A DNA stretch of 64,000 bases. Source: Epiperipatus broadwayi (Eukaryota > Animalia > Onychophora). The translations under genes and the position numbers were made by a program. The first letter of the stretch is position 1. Every line of letters starts with the position of its first letter. Positions 27,350 to 40,953 of the stretch are shown piece by piece. The stretch is from assembly GCA_028023455.1 (NCBI GenBank), contig JAQFVV010000005.1:16120001-16184000 (forward strand). The letters run 5' to 3'. Below the pieces are notes generated by a model. The model saw nothing but the letters and a program-made list of their open reading frames with translations. It made no database searches and was not told where the DNA came from.

Positions 27350-28520
27350 TTGAATAGTTTGCTTTTGGTAATAGATAAGTGGTTATTAGAGACTCAGTGT
27401 GGTTTAAAAAACAAGAAATGCAATAAACATGCTTTTCTTTGCCAAACATATCAAGAAAGATATCAGGAGCAAAGATATGATTTATTCATTACATTTATTG
27501 ATTTGACCAAAACATTTGACTCAATTAATCATACAGGTTTGTAGCAATATTTGGAAATGAATGATATTGCCTATTAAACAATTGTACAGCTTCTACATAA
27601 TATTGTTTAGAGCGAATCTAAAATTTTTAAAATGAAAGCTGTTTCAAAGTAATGCTGTTACTAGCTTAGGTTTATTTTCTATTTTTATGATTGTGATCTT
27701 TGGAAAAAAATGATAGATTTCTTTCCAGGATGTTTATCCACTTCTCTTGCTTTGTTTATGTCAAATCTTTAAAAAATATTTTAATAAGTAAGATTCCCAT
27801 AAATGTAAAAGTTAAAATATTTTTAGGAGTGCATTTACAAGTTTCACAAAACTGACATCAAGATGCAGTACATGTTTGATGATGGTGTTAAAAATAAAAA
27901 CTTCATATTATTGCCTTCTAGATATAATGTATGCTAATGATCATTGACATTTCAGAAAATGATTTACAGAATATTCCTAAATGTTTTAAATAGCCTGTAT
28001 GGTTTGGTAAAATGGGAGATTGTCAGATTTTGGAACGTAAGGTTCTCAGATCAATTCCACTTCTGGTGAACTGCTTATGAACTCCCAGGCAATAATGCCA
28101 TTCAAATGTTTTATTTAATATCTTTGGTTTAGTCATCAACCTCTTGTGCTCTATTATCCAGTGATAAAAAAATATATAGCCAATTTTATCTGAATGATTA
28201 TCAGCTTGAATGGGTGAATAATTGTAAATACTATAGTATCGTTATAGGATGAAAATTGTATTTAAAGGTTGAGATGCAACACAAAATGCTCCCACATTTA
28301 ATAAGTTAAAATAAATAATTATTTTAAATACGTTATATGTAAGTGGAATGCAAAACCCCACCAATGTAACATGAAAGCATTAGAAAAACTTTATTTAAGG
28401 ATGATCTAAAATTAGATGACAAGATTATAAGATCAATTTTTATATTCTTCATTTTGAAGAATTTTATGCTGTATTAACTTTTACAGCAGTTATGAAAATG
28501 CAATATAGAATAGATAGTGG
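27350..28520 (+). pseudogene. Degenerate RTE-clade LINE RT
   Basis: LETQCG...QTYQERYQEQ..LFITFIDLTKTFDSINHTGL, D.MYAND...SENDLQ and QLE.VNN.KY fragments. Confidence 0.75.
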
Positions 28521-30065
28521 AGTTTTTAATTTGATTAAAGGGAAAAACAAAAACTACATCTTGGCTTTTAGACATACAGTGTGCAGATGATTGAATTATC
28601 TTTGCCATTGATGATATAGACAAAATATGCTTTTCCATTGGATTGGACATATGATATGAGGGTAAATTTGAGCATGAATAATATGAGGAAAGCTCTATGT
28701 GTATGAATGATTATTATACTGTAATTTACAGATGTCAAATTTTCTGGACTTACAGCTTTAATATTATACACTTCATATAAATACATTAATGATTATTAAA
28801 CTAGAAATTATCCCTAGCCCATAAATAAGCTATAAATCTCCATTAAATGTTAATATATCTGTTTTTTTGTTAAACATAGATACATGAAATATTTTTCTTT
28901 TTCCATATGTAGTATCTTTTTTAAATAGACTTATTTAAATTTCCACCCCACTACATATTTTTGAAACATGTCAATAAAGATATCAGCAGAAGACAAATTA
29001 CTTCCAATTATTCACATTTCATGTTGAATCGTCATTTCCCACTTGGTCCAACTATTGTCACTTATACATGTATTCATCATTTGTTTACTATTTATCAATA
29101 CCAAATTATTTATTAGTATCAAACTAACCACTTCAAATAAATACAACAATGATTATTATTAATTATTAAACTAGAGATTATTTCTAGCCCAGATATAAAC
29201 TTTATATCTCAATTAAAGATTGGTATACCTATTTTTAATTAAAGGTACTTTAAAGAAATGTAATATTGTTTGCTTTCATTAGGAAGATAGGATTGACAAT
29301 AGAATACCATAGGCAAAAAGTAAAGTCTGCTGTAGAAAAAATTAAAAGACAAATATTGAAAGATATCAAATAAACAGATTAAAAAACCACTAACTAATAT
29401 ATATGGACATATTTGTGTTTCATTATTTGCTTCATATAATTAGCACAAAACTGATATTTAATGTTTTACTCATTGTTTTTCTATGATGTTGGGATTTTTT
29501 TTGGAGTGGAATGGCCATGCTCATTTACAAGTGACTTTTGTGATATAGTTTAAATACATTCAGAGGTGTGATCCTTTCTCACAACTGATGAAGACTGTGG
29601 CATGTTAATGATATTCATCCTTTCTTTATGGATAATGCATGAATACTGGTTTAGCAGACCCAGATTTGTCTAGAAAAGATATCTAAACAAACATTTAATG
29701 ATCACTGGAAGAAATGTTGATAATACTTTTTCTGAGTCCATGATTATTTGGAATAATCATGCTCTACATCCTATTTTATTAGATGTTTCTCTAACAAATC
29801 TAGGCATGCATTCTGAGATATCAACTCTAGACATGTGTTCTGAAATAAATATGAAGATGTTAAATCCAAAAGAATTAAAAAGGCAGCAAGATTTGACTTT
29901 ATGACTAGACAATGAAGATATTTAAATAAATTTTTATCTCTGGATACTATTTTACAATCAGTTCATAAAAATGCTTTTATATAGATGGTCTGGATGGAAG
30001 TGGAAAACATTTCTTTGAAGTATTAAAATTTCCTTCCACTTCTTATTTGCATTGCTGAATTATAT

Positions 30066-30330
30066 ATAATATAATACACCATATACACCTTAAATGACAC
30101 TCTACAATGCAGTTTAATATATGATTTATTTTATTTCCTTCCTTACAGTTTCAACTGTCCAGCAGTCATCATCAGAGCTTTTAACTCAGTACCCTTTCTC
30201 CTATAACTGAGTTAAAAGCTCTGATGATGACTGCCAGACAGTTGAAACTGTAAGGAAGAAAATAAAATAAATCATATGTTAAACTGCATTATAGAGTGTC
30301 ATTTAAGGTATATATGGTGTTTTATATTAT
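30066..30330. mobile_element. Family C head-to-head palindrome with two hammerhead-like motifs
   Basis: Arms 30066-30190 and 30206-30330, 15-nt spacer. CTGATGA (30221) TGACTG-CCAGA-CAGTT GAAA CT GTA AGGAA, mirrored at about 30139-30180. Confidence 0.88.
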
Positions 30331-30937
30331 AATCAAAACATTTCTTCATTGTATATTAATTCAAAAAGTTGATTTAATTAATAAAACAAACATTAATAAT
30401 TGTTGCATGTAATGGAATAACCCTATCATTTCTTAAAAATCAATTTTGTATATATCTTGTAATATTTAATGATAATAAATAAATTCCAAGGTCAAATGTT
30501 TAAAAAAGTTGACTTTTATGAAACAGAATTATACTTTTAACCTGGGCAGTTTTACACAGAATATACCAGAGTGATTATTAATTCAATTTTTTTTTAAAAA
30601 AAAATTGAAATAAAAAATGCTGTCATGCAGGAAAAACTTAGTAATGAAGAAACATATCCCATTGTAACAATAATGTTAATACATGATCTATCATTTACTT
30701 AAAAGAGAGCTATTATGTTTTATCATATTTACATTATGATTATATTATAATAAACCTAAAAAATATTTATGGTTAAGTTACCATTAATTGTGTTCCCCTT
30801 CCCTTTTTCTGATTAGACTAATTTTTGTTATAATATTAATTAAAAAACACTTTACTTTAAAAGTGCTGCCAATATTTTGTATGATGCAGTGCCATTTGTA
30901 ATGGGATGTAACATTAAACAGATATTACCACAAATAT

Positions 30938-31039
30938 ATATTTTTTTCATGTGTCATAGCATTGGCCAGGAAGTGAACCCACTAACCTGGGACAACTTGT
31001 AAGGCAGCTGTGCTGACCACTCAACCACCAATGCTTGAC
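30938..31039 (-). mobile_element. tRNA-Gly(TCC) mini-SINE with 13-bp TSD
   Basis: TSD TTACCACAAATAT at 30925-30937 and 31040-31052. tRNA-Gly-like body plus TATGACACATG(A)7 tail. Confidence 0.9.
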
Positions 31040-32809
31040 TTACCACAAATATTTTCATTGCTTTTACACCTTTTCAGTTATATATCATACATTCACAATT
31101 TTGAAATAAAATTTGATACATTATCTAAGCCTGAACTCTTGATTCTTTCTTTCATATCTTAGTCATGGATATTTTAATTCAATCTATGATTGTGTACTTC
31201 TCCCCTCCTCTTTATTTCCTCAACAATGACTCGAATCTCTACAGTAAATCTTTAAACCATGCAAAACTTATCCATTATGCACTTGACTGATATAATCAAC
31301 TTTTTATTTGCACCATGATATAATACATTAATAAATTAATAATGTTCATGATTATGTAATATGAAAGGGATTTATGTTCTTCATGCTTAATTGATTCCAG
31401 AAAAGTGGTAAAAAGATCTTATTCATGTTAAATAGTACTCGAATTCCCATAAAAACAATATCACTAATAAATAATATGTACCATCACTAAAAATATTTTT
31501 AAATATTGATAATAATACACATATTAATATATATATATTATTGAACAATAAAAATATGAATAAAAACAAACTTAATAATTATTTTATTTTTTGCATTAAC
31601 TTTAAACAGAAAAAAAACATTTAAATATCCCCCTCCCCTCTACTCACTTAGATAATTTACTTTTAAATTTAAAAATACTAAGATTTTTTAAAAAATAAAA
31701 TGAATATTTTTTTATATTAATTTTCAAATAAAAGGTAATGAATATTTGGTAATAGTTTTCAAGATTTTCACATTTATAAATCAAAAGCAGCCTCTATTGT
31801 TTTTTATGACTACATGTGTGATAAAAAATCTTTCAACATGAATATGAAAGATGTTTTAATTTTTGTTTCATTGTTGATCTGAAAAAAATGTTTTAGAGTG
31901 AAATGTACTCAACAACCAAAAAAGTTTATTTCATGTTAATAAACTTATGTTAATTTCTACTCAGACTTTAACATTTTATTTATTTTTTAAATGTTTGTTT
32001 CAGAACTGATTATTTCTTACCACATTTTTTAATGGCAATCTCATTTAGGGCTTTGCATTTTTGTTCATTTTTAATAACTTTTAATTTGATTTTCGAGTTG
32101 CAAATGCAGGTTCCTTTTTTCAAATTGAGAAAATAACAGTGATGTAATTATAGAAATATACTAATATATCTGCTCTGATATTATTGAAAACAATCATTGT
32201 ATTTTAAATTGTTCATAGAATTTTTTGAGCACAGACATTATAAAAAAGTTTTGTTGTGAATTTTTGGTCCATTGTTTTTATCATGTCAGTTGTGAACTTG
32301 CAAAATAATGTTTAATGAAACTCTACAAATAAGAACTCCCAATATATAATAATTTTCTCTAATTATTTTAATTTTGCTTTAATATTAAAATAACTTAATG
32401 CATTATAGTTTAATAACTTCTAAAGCAAATAATATAAAGATATGATTGGAAACACATATTTTGCTTAATTTTGAATTTCAACAAATAAGAATTTTCAAAC
32501 AAATTTTATGATATATAATTAATGAATTTTTGTGAAAATTTTGATGCTATGACAGACAAAATAAGCATTTTATTATTACTATTATATATTTATTAACTTA
32601 TATATTATAAATAATGGAGATAATATAATATTCAAATACCAGAAGTGACAAAAGTGAGATGTAATTCACAAACCTTACATTAAAGTTTACCATTCTATTT
32701 CTGGATAAACCAAGAAGAATAAAAAAAATTTGACTGGTTTGCTACTCAAGAGTTCATACAATATTCAAGTACCAAAATGACAATCCTAACCTGCAATTGA
32801 TAGATATTT

Positions 32810-33940
32810 AGTTTTGCCATCTCACTACCTGACTTGTCAATTCAAATTTTACCATATGATTTAACAATCGAAATCTCACTACTTGGTTTTTGAATTCAAA
32901 TCTCTGTATCTGTTTTGCCAATTCAAATTTCATCACCTGGTTTTCCAAACACCTATTTTTCCAAATTAAATCTCACCATGTGCCTTAACAATTCATATGT
33001 TTCCACCTGATTTGCTAATTCCAATCTCATGACTTGTCTAACCCATCTAAGCCTCATCACCTGGCTTTCCAATTAAAATTTTACCACCTGGATTTTCTGC
33101 CAAATCTCACCACATAATGTGTCAATTCAAATCCCACTATCTGGATTAACAATTTAAGCTTATCACCTGTCTTGTCAATTCAAATCTCACCATTTCACTT
33201 GTTATTAAAATCTCAAGATCTGACTTCCCAATTTAAATCTCATTTCAATTCAAATTTTGCTATTTCATTTGTCAATTCAACCTTATCATTTTACATGTCA
33301 ATTTATATCTCATTCTCTGGTTTGCCAATTTAAATCTTATTGCCTGACTTGAACAATTCAAATTTTATCACCTGCTATGCCAATTTAAATATCACTGCAT
33401 GATTTGCCAATTCATATCTCATCAACTATATTGCTAAGGCAAATCTAACTACCTGATTTATTAATTCACATCTCACCCCTTGCCTTTCCAATTGAAATCT
33501 CATTATTTATACACATAATTCAAATCTCACCACCTGATTTGTTAATAAAAATCTTACCATTTCACTTATCAAATTAATATCAACTAACTGCCTTTCCAAT
33601 TCATATCTCACTACCTGACTTCTCAATTCAAATTTCATCAATTGAGTTACCAAAATTTTACAAACTTGATTTGCCAATTCAAATCTCTTCACATGATTTG
33701 TCAATTTAAATCTCAACACCTAGTTTTCCAATTCAAATCTCATGATCTGGCATGCCAAATCAAATATCATTAATTGGTTTATCAATTCAATTATCACCAA
33801 TTGGTTTATTAATTCCAATCTAACCAACTGATTTGCCATTTACCAATTGACCTTCAATTTAAAATTTATCACCAGAGATATCAAGGAAGGTCTCACTATG
33901 AGGCATTCAAATTCGAATGTCACCACCTCATTTGCCAATT
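32810..33940. repeat. Degenerate 27-bp minisatellite (minus strand reads as an FELANQVVR-like 9-aa repeat)
   Basis: Unit approximately AATTCAAATCTCACCACCTGATTTGCC, about 40 copies. Confidence 0.9.
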
Positions 33941-33992
33941 TTTGAATAAAATCAGAAAAAAAATTCTACATCTGATTAGAATCTAAAAAACT

Positions 33993-34165
33993 AAAACAGG
34001 CAAAACTCACTGTATATATTGCCACACACAGCAAGCTAGAGTAATCAATGGATGCCAGAAAGCTTGTGCAAAAAATCCAAGGCTCCTTACTGATGAAGGC
34101 ACTAGATGGGGATTTTATGCATCCATTGATTACTCTAGCTTGCTGTGTGTGGCAATATATTGTAT
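33993..34165. mobile_element. Family A head-to-head palindrome with internal deletions
   Basis: Identical 42-bp arms at 34014-34055 and 34119-34160. ATCC microhomology at the junction; hammerhead truncated after CTGATGAAGGC. Confidence 0.88.
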
Positions 34166-36215
34166 CAGTCAGAATCGTCTATCTCACTAACACACTGCAG
34201 AATTCAAACCCCACACACAAACCTGAACATTCTAGGAGGGTGTGCCTTCTAGATATACTAAGTTCGAATCTAAAGTCCAAATTTCACAGTGCCACCTATG
34301 TGATAATGCATCTGATGCTACTACTAGTATAACCTTTTACCGGTGCCTAGTGGTCAGGGAGAAACAAAAGACTCTATATTAAGATAAGTTTGGGTTACTA
34401 ATTAATGTCTATGGATGTACAAAAGAAATGAAGATTATAGATATATAGACTGAGACAGTGATAGGAATCAACAAAATAAAAGATCAAAATTAGTTTTAAA
34501 TGATTTCAAAGATTTATTTATATAGAATTATATATATAATGCCACTGTCTGCTTATATGAGACAGGGACGCTTATTAAATAATTCTTGGCATTACATTCT
34601 ATTACATTACAAAAAGGTTTTAAAGCAAAATTATATATTCTATCCCTCGGGCTAATAGTATTACGATAATGTGCTTAAAGAGATGGGAACATGTGCGAGG
34701 TGCTTTGAGTAATTATAAAAGTTTAATAAAATATTTGAAAATTAAGTGTTATAAAATATTTATTGATTTCGAGAATAGTACAGACAAAAGCTTACTAAGC
34801 AATAAAGTGGGGATGTGATCAAGGCATTTATTTGATAATAATAATTAAAGCAGATGGGAGGCCAGAAATGAATTTATTAAAGGATGGAGGGTGCGACACG
34901 TTTAAGTCAGGATGCTTTGTAAAAATAAATATATAAATAAAACAATAGTGAATATTAGAAATGACTACGGAGGGCAGCTCGCCGCTAACCCATAGGAAAG
35001 TGTTGTTATGAACAGCCAAAACTTAGTGACTGGGTGACAACTGTGTTTAATTCCCAGGTGTGACATTTGTGGACACACTCTGCCTGGAAACCACAGGAAG
35101 CGAAGAGAATGGACTTGGCTGTGTAAAAATCCTCGGAAAAGCAAAACAAAGTGGTTTCAACAACCAATTCATTTACCAGCAATACTAGACTAGTGTATAT
35201 AAAACATACTAAATGGGTTTTACTTGGATTAAAAGAAATGCCCAATCAAATTCTCAGAAATTCATTTAAAAGGGTCCGCACATTCTCGACATCAATGATG
35301 AACTTTGTAATTAAAGTAGAACACAGTATTTAAAAAATAGGAAAATGCATGCTTGCGGGTTTGAAAAGTAAGCATAGGTTTATTTATGCAATCATGCATT
35401 TGAGGACGCATTTAAATCATTGACCTCGCACATACTCTCATATTAGGTTAAAATCAATAACATGTAGATTTTAAACTATGTGATTATTATATATATTAAA
35501 GATTAGAATCGCCCTCAAACGAGTGATTTGCAAGATAATAAAATTGGGAATTATTATAAATTTAAAATATGCCTTAATAGCGGCGTCTTACTTTCAACAA
35601 AGGGAATAATTCACTCGGTCAAAGACGATTCTGACACATTATCATAATAAAATAAAAGAAAGCTTAATAAATCGAAAATATTAACCCAAGGATAGAGAGC
35701 AAAACTGTTGATTATATTATTAAAGAAATACATAATGAAGTTATGTGAACTAAAAGAAAAACAATTTAAAATAGCTATAGCATGTTAGTTAGGAATTACA
35801 AGAGCTCTTGGTTTAATTTAGGTTACTTCTGGAGAAGCATTTTCAGATAGATTGATGTGCAGAAGGTTGTATAATTCAGCAGCAAAATCTGGAATTGTTC
35901 ATATTTTTGGCAGCAGCAGCAGTTCCGGGGTTCCTTACATGATAGCTTCCGATGGTCTAGAGCAGCAGCCGGCCATTCCTGAGGGAAATAGCCTCCATGC
36001 TGGTTCTACTCCGACATGTCAAGGTTAGCAATTTGTGTGCTAAACATGGTGAATTAATTTGGAGACAAAAACTCAGCTTCAAATAGAAGTTCGCAGGCAC
36101 GTAGCTAAAATCTCAGGAAAATATATTTTGAAGAATATTTACTAGAATATCACTCGAATCATTTCATTAGCAACACCAGAATAATTTTGGTTAGAAACAT
36201 TTCATCAGCAAATGA

Positions 36216-36252
36216 CCAGAATGGAGAACAAAAGAAAAACCTCCTTTTTATA
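36216..36252 (-). promoter_or_regulatory. Candidate TATA plus Inr core promoter
   Basis: Minus-strand TATAAAAA at 36252-36245 and CCATTCT initiator with its A at 36222, 30 nt downstream. Lies in CpG-retaining, higher-GC DNA (about 34600-36900). Confidence 0.35.
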
Positions 36253-36990
36253 GTGGAAATGACAATGGAACTGCCCTGGAGCATTACAAAAATATATCGG
36301 ACTTATCAGCTGTAATTAAACCTATCCGAATGTCTAAAGGAATTTAACAAAATTTTAATTAATTTCTATTGTTAACTTCCTTGTCGACATTCGAATTACA
36401 AATTCGATTTAATTAAAAATTACTTTTACTAATTAAAGAAAACCTTAAGTGGACATCTGCTGTATTTTTAGATAAGCTTCTATAGCATTAAATAATTAGA
36501 CTATTGTCCCTCATTTATTTTAACAGAAATATTTGGAATGACTTTGATGAAATTAAAAGAAAATTATTTTACTTTTTTAAATTGCAATATTTGAATCTAT
36601 CTATTAAATGAATATTAATTTTATTTTAAATCAAAAATATATTACGACTTTAATATATTTTTGTAAATAGATTCAAACAAAATAACTTTAATTAACGATT
36701 TATAATTCTGACATATCATAGTATGTTCACAATTATGACCTATATAACCTACTTTTAAATAAATCGAAATTATGTGAACATATACATAATCCATAATCTT
36801 ATTTATTTGGGAATGAGTTATATATATAATATGAGCGTTGTACTTGTGGTTTAAAATTAGGCGGAATTTTCGGTATATAAGCGTATTACAGACACACTAC
36901 GATAGATTGGGGTTCAAACTAAGATATGAGGGTAGGAAATAGGTGAGAAAAGAAGAAACAAAGATCTGCAAAGCAGACCTTACTGTTTCA

Positions 36991-37058
36991 ATATATAGTG
37001 AGTTTTGCCTGTTTTAACAACAGTTATACACAAGCATAAGAGGATGTGGTCATGGCTT
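36991..37058 (+). mobile_element. Family A 3' fragment
   Basis: GAGTTTTGCCTGTTTTAACAACAGTTAT..CAAGCATAAG. Confidence 0.75.
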
Positions 37059-38499
37059 AATCTAAAAAATTCTAAGATTTGCCTAGCTTAAATTTAAGTA
37101 TGGCAGATCTGTGTATTATCACTCCATCATAAAGTATACCAATATATAAATAAAATGTAAATATAGTGTTTTATGCATTTCCTTAAACTTTGATAATATC
37201 TTAAACACAGAACATAAAAAACCACTAAGACAGATAGTACATATTTAACTGAAATGTACACCTTATCAATGCAGATTGAAACATTTTGTAAATAAATCTT
37301 TCTGAACATTCAATTGTGAATGCGGGAAAGAATGTTATGTGAATACTTCTTAATGAATTAACAGAAATGATTGAATAAGGTAATTAATTAAAAGGCTAAA
37401 AATGCGTTTAATTTGGATATAACTAAGTGCATTACTTTGAGAATATTAAAAAAAAAAAACCACAAAATATAATTTTTTTTCAAATTTAAAAAAATCCAAA
37501 TTTAATTTAAATATTCAATACAAGTTTTATTACAAGAGATTAATGCAAAAGATATAGTTAAATAATGCAAATTCCTCACTAAAGTTTATGATATACCTCT
37601 TACATTATGATGACAGAATAATTTGAGTTAAGAAAGGGAGCAAGCAGTGCCAAACTACCAGTTACAGTAACCAAGTTCTATAGTTATAGTACTCTATTAA
37701 CTAACTACTTCACAAAAAAAATTTCTTTTACACAGTATATAAAACACACACACACAAACATGGATGGAGTCATAACAGTAACTGTATTTTGCATATGCTA
37801 TCCATACAGACATCGATGTGATAAATACAGCATATAACATTTCTATAACTAAATGATTACAACTTTTTACGCTGATTAAAATTAAAAGCAACCATCACTA
37901 TGGCGACATTAGTAAACATTCAAATTAACTGACAAAAGTCTGGTAATCTATTAATAACTTGAAAAATGCAATCTTTGTTTAGATTTATGGTAAACAGTTT
38001 TCATTAGCTTTTCCCAATGACAATTTTTATTTTTAGCTTCTCATCTACATAATTATTACCACCACCACCCTTTCTAACTAATAAAGATTGTTTTCTTTTA
38101 TAATGAAAAATTTCTCTGGCAGAAGATGCTTTTCTAGAACACTAAAAATCAATTTTATTAGTAATGATTAAAAAAATAGTTGATATATCTGTTTTCTTAA
38201 TCTTTTCAATGATTTATTTTTAATTCCATCTATACAGTTATATAATGTGCGTGTGTACATATGAACTGATATTTCTTATTCATCTCCGCATACATTTGCT
38301 TACTGTTAATATTATCATTGCATATGCAGCCATCCCCACACTATTGAGGAATGATGCAGAGTTTTCCAGTGTTTCTGTAACATCCCTGATTGCACCCTAA
38401 AGATGGTTGGTAGGATCCAGTTAAAATATTCTACAAAGCTAATGTGAAAAAGTAACAAATACACATGAATGAATCCGAAATCTAAAGTCACATTTTTTT

Positions 38500-38593
38500 C
38501 TTCATGTGTCAAATCCGTTGACCGAGAAGCAACCCCGTGTCAACTGCTTGGAAGGCAGCTATGCTAATCACTAGGCCACCAACACTTGACAAC
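38500..38593 (-). mobile_element. tRNA-Gly(TCC) mini-SINE with TSD of about 13 bp
   Basis: Minus strand reads GTGTTGGTGGCCTAGTGATTAGCATAGCTGCCTTCCAAGCAGTTGACACGGGGTTGCTTCTCGGTCAACG. GTCACATTTTTTT at 38487-38499 and 38594-38606. Confidence 0.9.
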
Positions 38594-38955
38594 GTCACAT
38601 TTTTTTAATCTGTGAAACAAAGCACTGCAGCCAATAAATTTACATTTGTGATTTAAACTTTTGTTAAGAATAATTTCCTTATATACTATTAATAGAAGAG
38701 CATTATCACATTTAGTATAATAAAGATATGCACATGTTCATATGTCACACTTAAAAATATTAGCATTAAGTTTAACTCCACACACATATTTTTGTTAAAG
38801 TATAATTAATCCTTCCATTAGCTTTATAATTATAAGCTCTATCTATAGATGGCACTTATATTTAGAAAGTCAGTGGAAGGGTTAATTTTAAAAAAATCTT
38901 GGCTGGCTTGGATATGTATATATTAACTATTTTCATGGATTCATGAAGTAAATAC

Positions 38956-39258
38956 TAGAGTTAGGGTTAGGTGTTAGTGTTAAATGTTAGTGATTAAAAG
39001 TTATGGTTAAGGTAGATATAGTGTTAGAGTAATGGTTTAGGTTCAGGTTAGAATTAAAGTTAGAATTTGAGGTTATAATTAGGATAGGTTTAGGGATTAG
39101 AATTAAAGAGTAAGGTCAGGATTAGAGTTAGAGATTAATGATTAGGCTTAGGATTATAGTGTATGTTTAGTGTTAAGAATAGGAATAGGCTTAGGACACT
39201 GTTAAGATTATAGTTAGGTTAGGGTTATAGTCAGGGTTAAAATTAAACTTAGGGTTAG
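38956..39258. repeat. Degenerate TTAGGG-like hexamer tract
   Basis: GTTAGG/GTTAGA/GTTAGT periodicity over about 300 bp. Confidence 0.75.
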
Positions 39259-40314
39259 ATTTTCTATATATTAAAGTAAAATAAACATTAGAGATATGAT
39301 GTAGTGCAGTAATTACAAAGGAAACTGATAGCACAAACTGAACCACACAATCTAGTAATTACTAATAGCATTTTTCCTGGTTTTATTTTAAATTAAAAAT
39401 ATCTACTCTGAATTACCACTTCTACAAGTTTTTGAGTTTTAAGTATTGTTAATTTCTAAGTCACATGGTTAATCTTGGATGATTTGTTTTAATTGGTAGT
39501 AACCAGGTTATATCATAGCTAAATGTGTATTCTAGCTTGAAATATGAAAAAATTGTTTTATATTTATGATGGATGACTGAAACATGAATGAACTAGGTGG
39601 AAAAATATATATTAAATAAGTAATTACATACATTAATGAATTTAATCAGAAGTATAGGTTTTAATCGCACTCAGATGCAAATATAAATCTGTAAGATTGT
39701 AATGGGCATCCAACTAAATAACAGACCATTCTTCTTTGATTGTAAAAATATTTTTGAAAAACAAGTATCATCCAGACACCTGATAATCATACTAATACTT
39801 AAAACATTAAGAAAGACAATCATATTATTAGGTTCAAATCTTTTACCCACCTGATGATGACTTTTTTGGAAATATAGTGAGAAATAAATAATTATATATT
39901 TTTTATGAGAGCACTATATGTTATTTTAGATTTATATTTGTTTAGAAAGGCGCTTGAAAGTCAAATTTCTGATTGGTCATATCAACAAATGGAGCAGTGA
40001 TTGTTTATTTCACACATTTGTAATAGCCGTTGTGATATAATTGTTCCTGACTTGTACGAGCTCTATTCGATATCATAACAGTGACTAAAACATTATAAAT
40101 CTATGAGTTTATGAATGAGTTATTTCATATTTTGAACTCAAATGATAGGCTTTCCACATAATTAAGATTTGAATCGCTAGTTCTACTAAACTACTGGGCT
40201 GCCTTATAATGGTGCTTTTACTCAGAACACATGTATATTAAGAAAGAAATGGTTTGAGACTTTATCTGAATTCTGGCTTACGAATTTTATAGATTTATAT
40301 TTTCTAAAGAAGTG

Positions 40315-40428
40315 TACGTAATATTTACTAAGGCTGTAAACCTCAAGAATATGCGCGTGAAAATGCGAAGGTAGAGATCTCTACAGGTCTTAACCACAAG
40401 CTTACACCTTGGAAGAAAAGAGGGGAAC
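40315..40428 (-). repeat. Family D dispersed copy
   Basis: Reverse complement matches 26100-26198. Confidence 0.85.
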
Positions 40429-40738
40429 ATGTACTTAAAATTTGCATTTCTAATTAGTTTTATATATATGTAATACTTTGATACTCTGTCATTCTGCCAT
40501 TATTAGTAAAATGAAAAACATTCTAACAGAAAGTGGAAAATTAAAGAAGTATGATTTATTATGCAAAATGAATATATAATGAATCAAAGAGACTAATAGA
40601 ATTCAAATTATCAAAAAAGAGTCTTTTTAATTCTTAATGGTAAACTTCAAAATTATTGATAACAATAATTATGATGCTTATGCACTAAAAGCTTACTCAA
40701 TATATATATATATATATGGTCTTGAAATTAAGATTTTA

Positions 40739-40953
40739 GATTTTCAGTCTATATTCATCCTTCATTACATCTCAAACAACCGATACACATGACCACACAT
40801 ATGTGAAAAAGATAAATATCTTTTCCACATATGTGTTTCATGTGTATCGGTTGTTTGAGATGTAGTGAAGGATGAATATATCTTTTTCACATATGTGTTG
40901 TCATGTGGATCAGTTGTTTGAGATGTTGTGAAGGATGAATATAGACTGAAAAT
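40739..40953. mobile_element. Family E palindrome plus tandem copy
   Basis: Left arm 40739-40814 is inverted to 40817-40880, which is directly repeated at 40879-40953. All three start at TATCTTTT. Confidence 0.85.

Noticed and set aside
32810-33940. CRISPR-like array
   Set aside because: Units are contiguous and degenerate with no unique spacers, the context is eukaryotic, and there are no cas genes.
38515-38587. Functional tRNA-Gly genes
   Set aside because: Stems and T-loop are damaged, an A-tail replaces a Pol III T-terminator, and TSDs are present, so these are SINE copies.
39845-39880. CTGATGA...GAAA hammerhead-like hit, also hits near 3650, 17085-17125 and 63948
   Set aside because: Stem II or stem I cannot form, or the hairpin comes from an 11-bp tandem duplication; consistent with chance.
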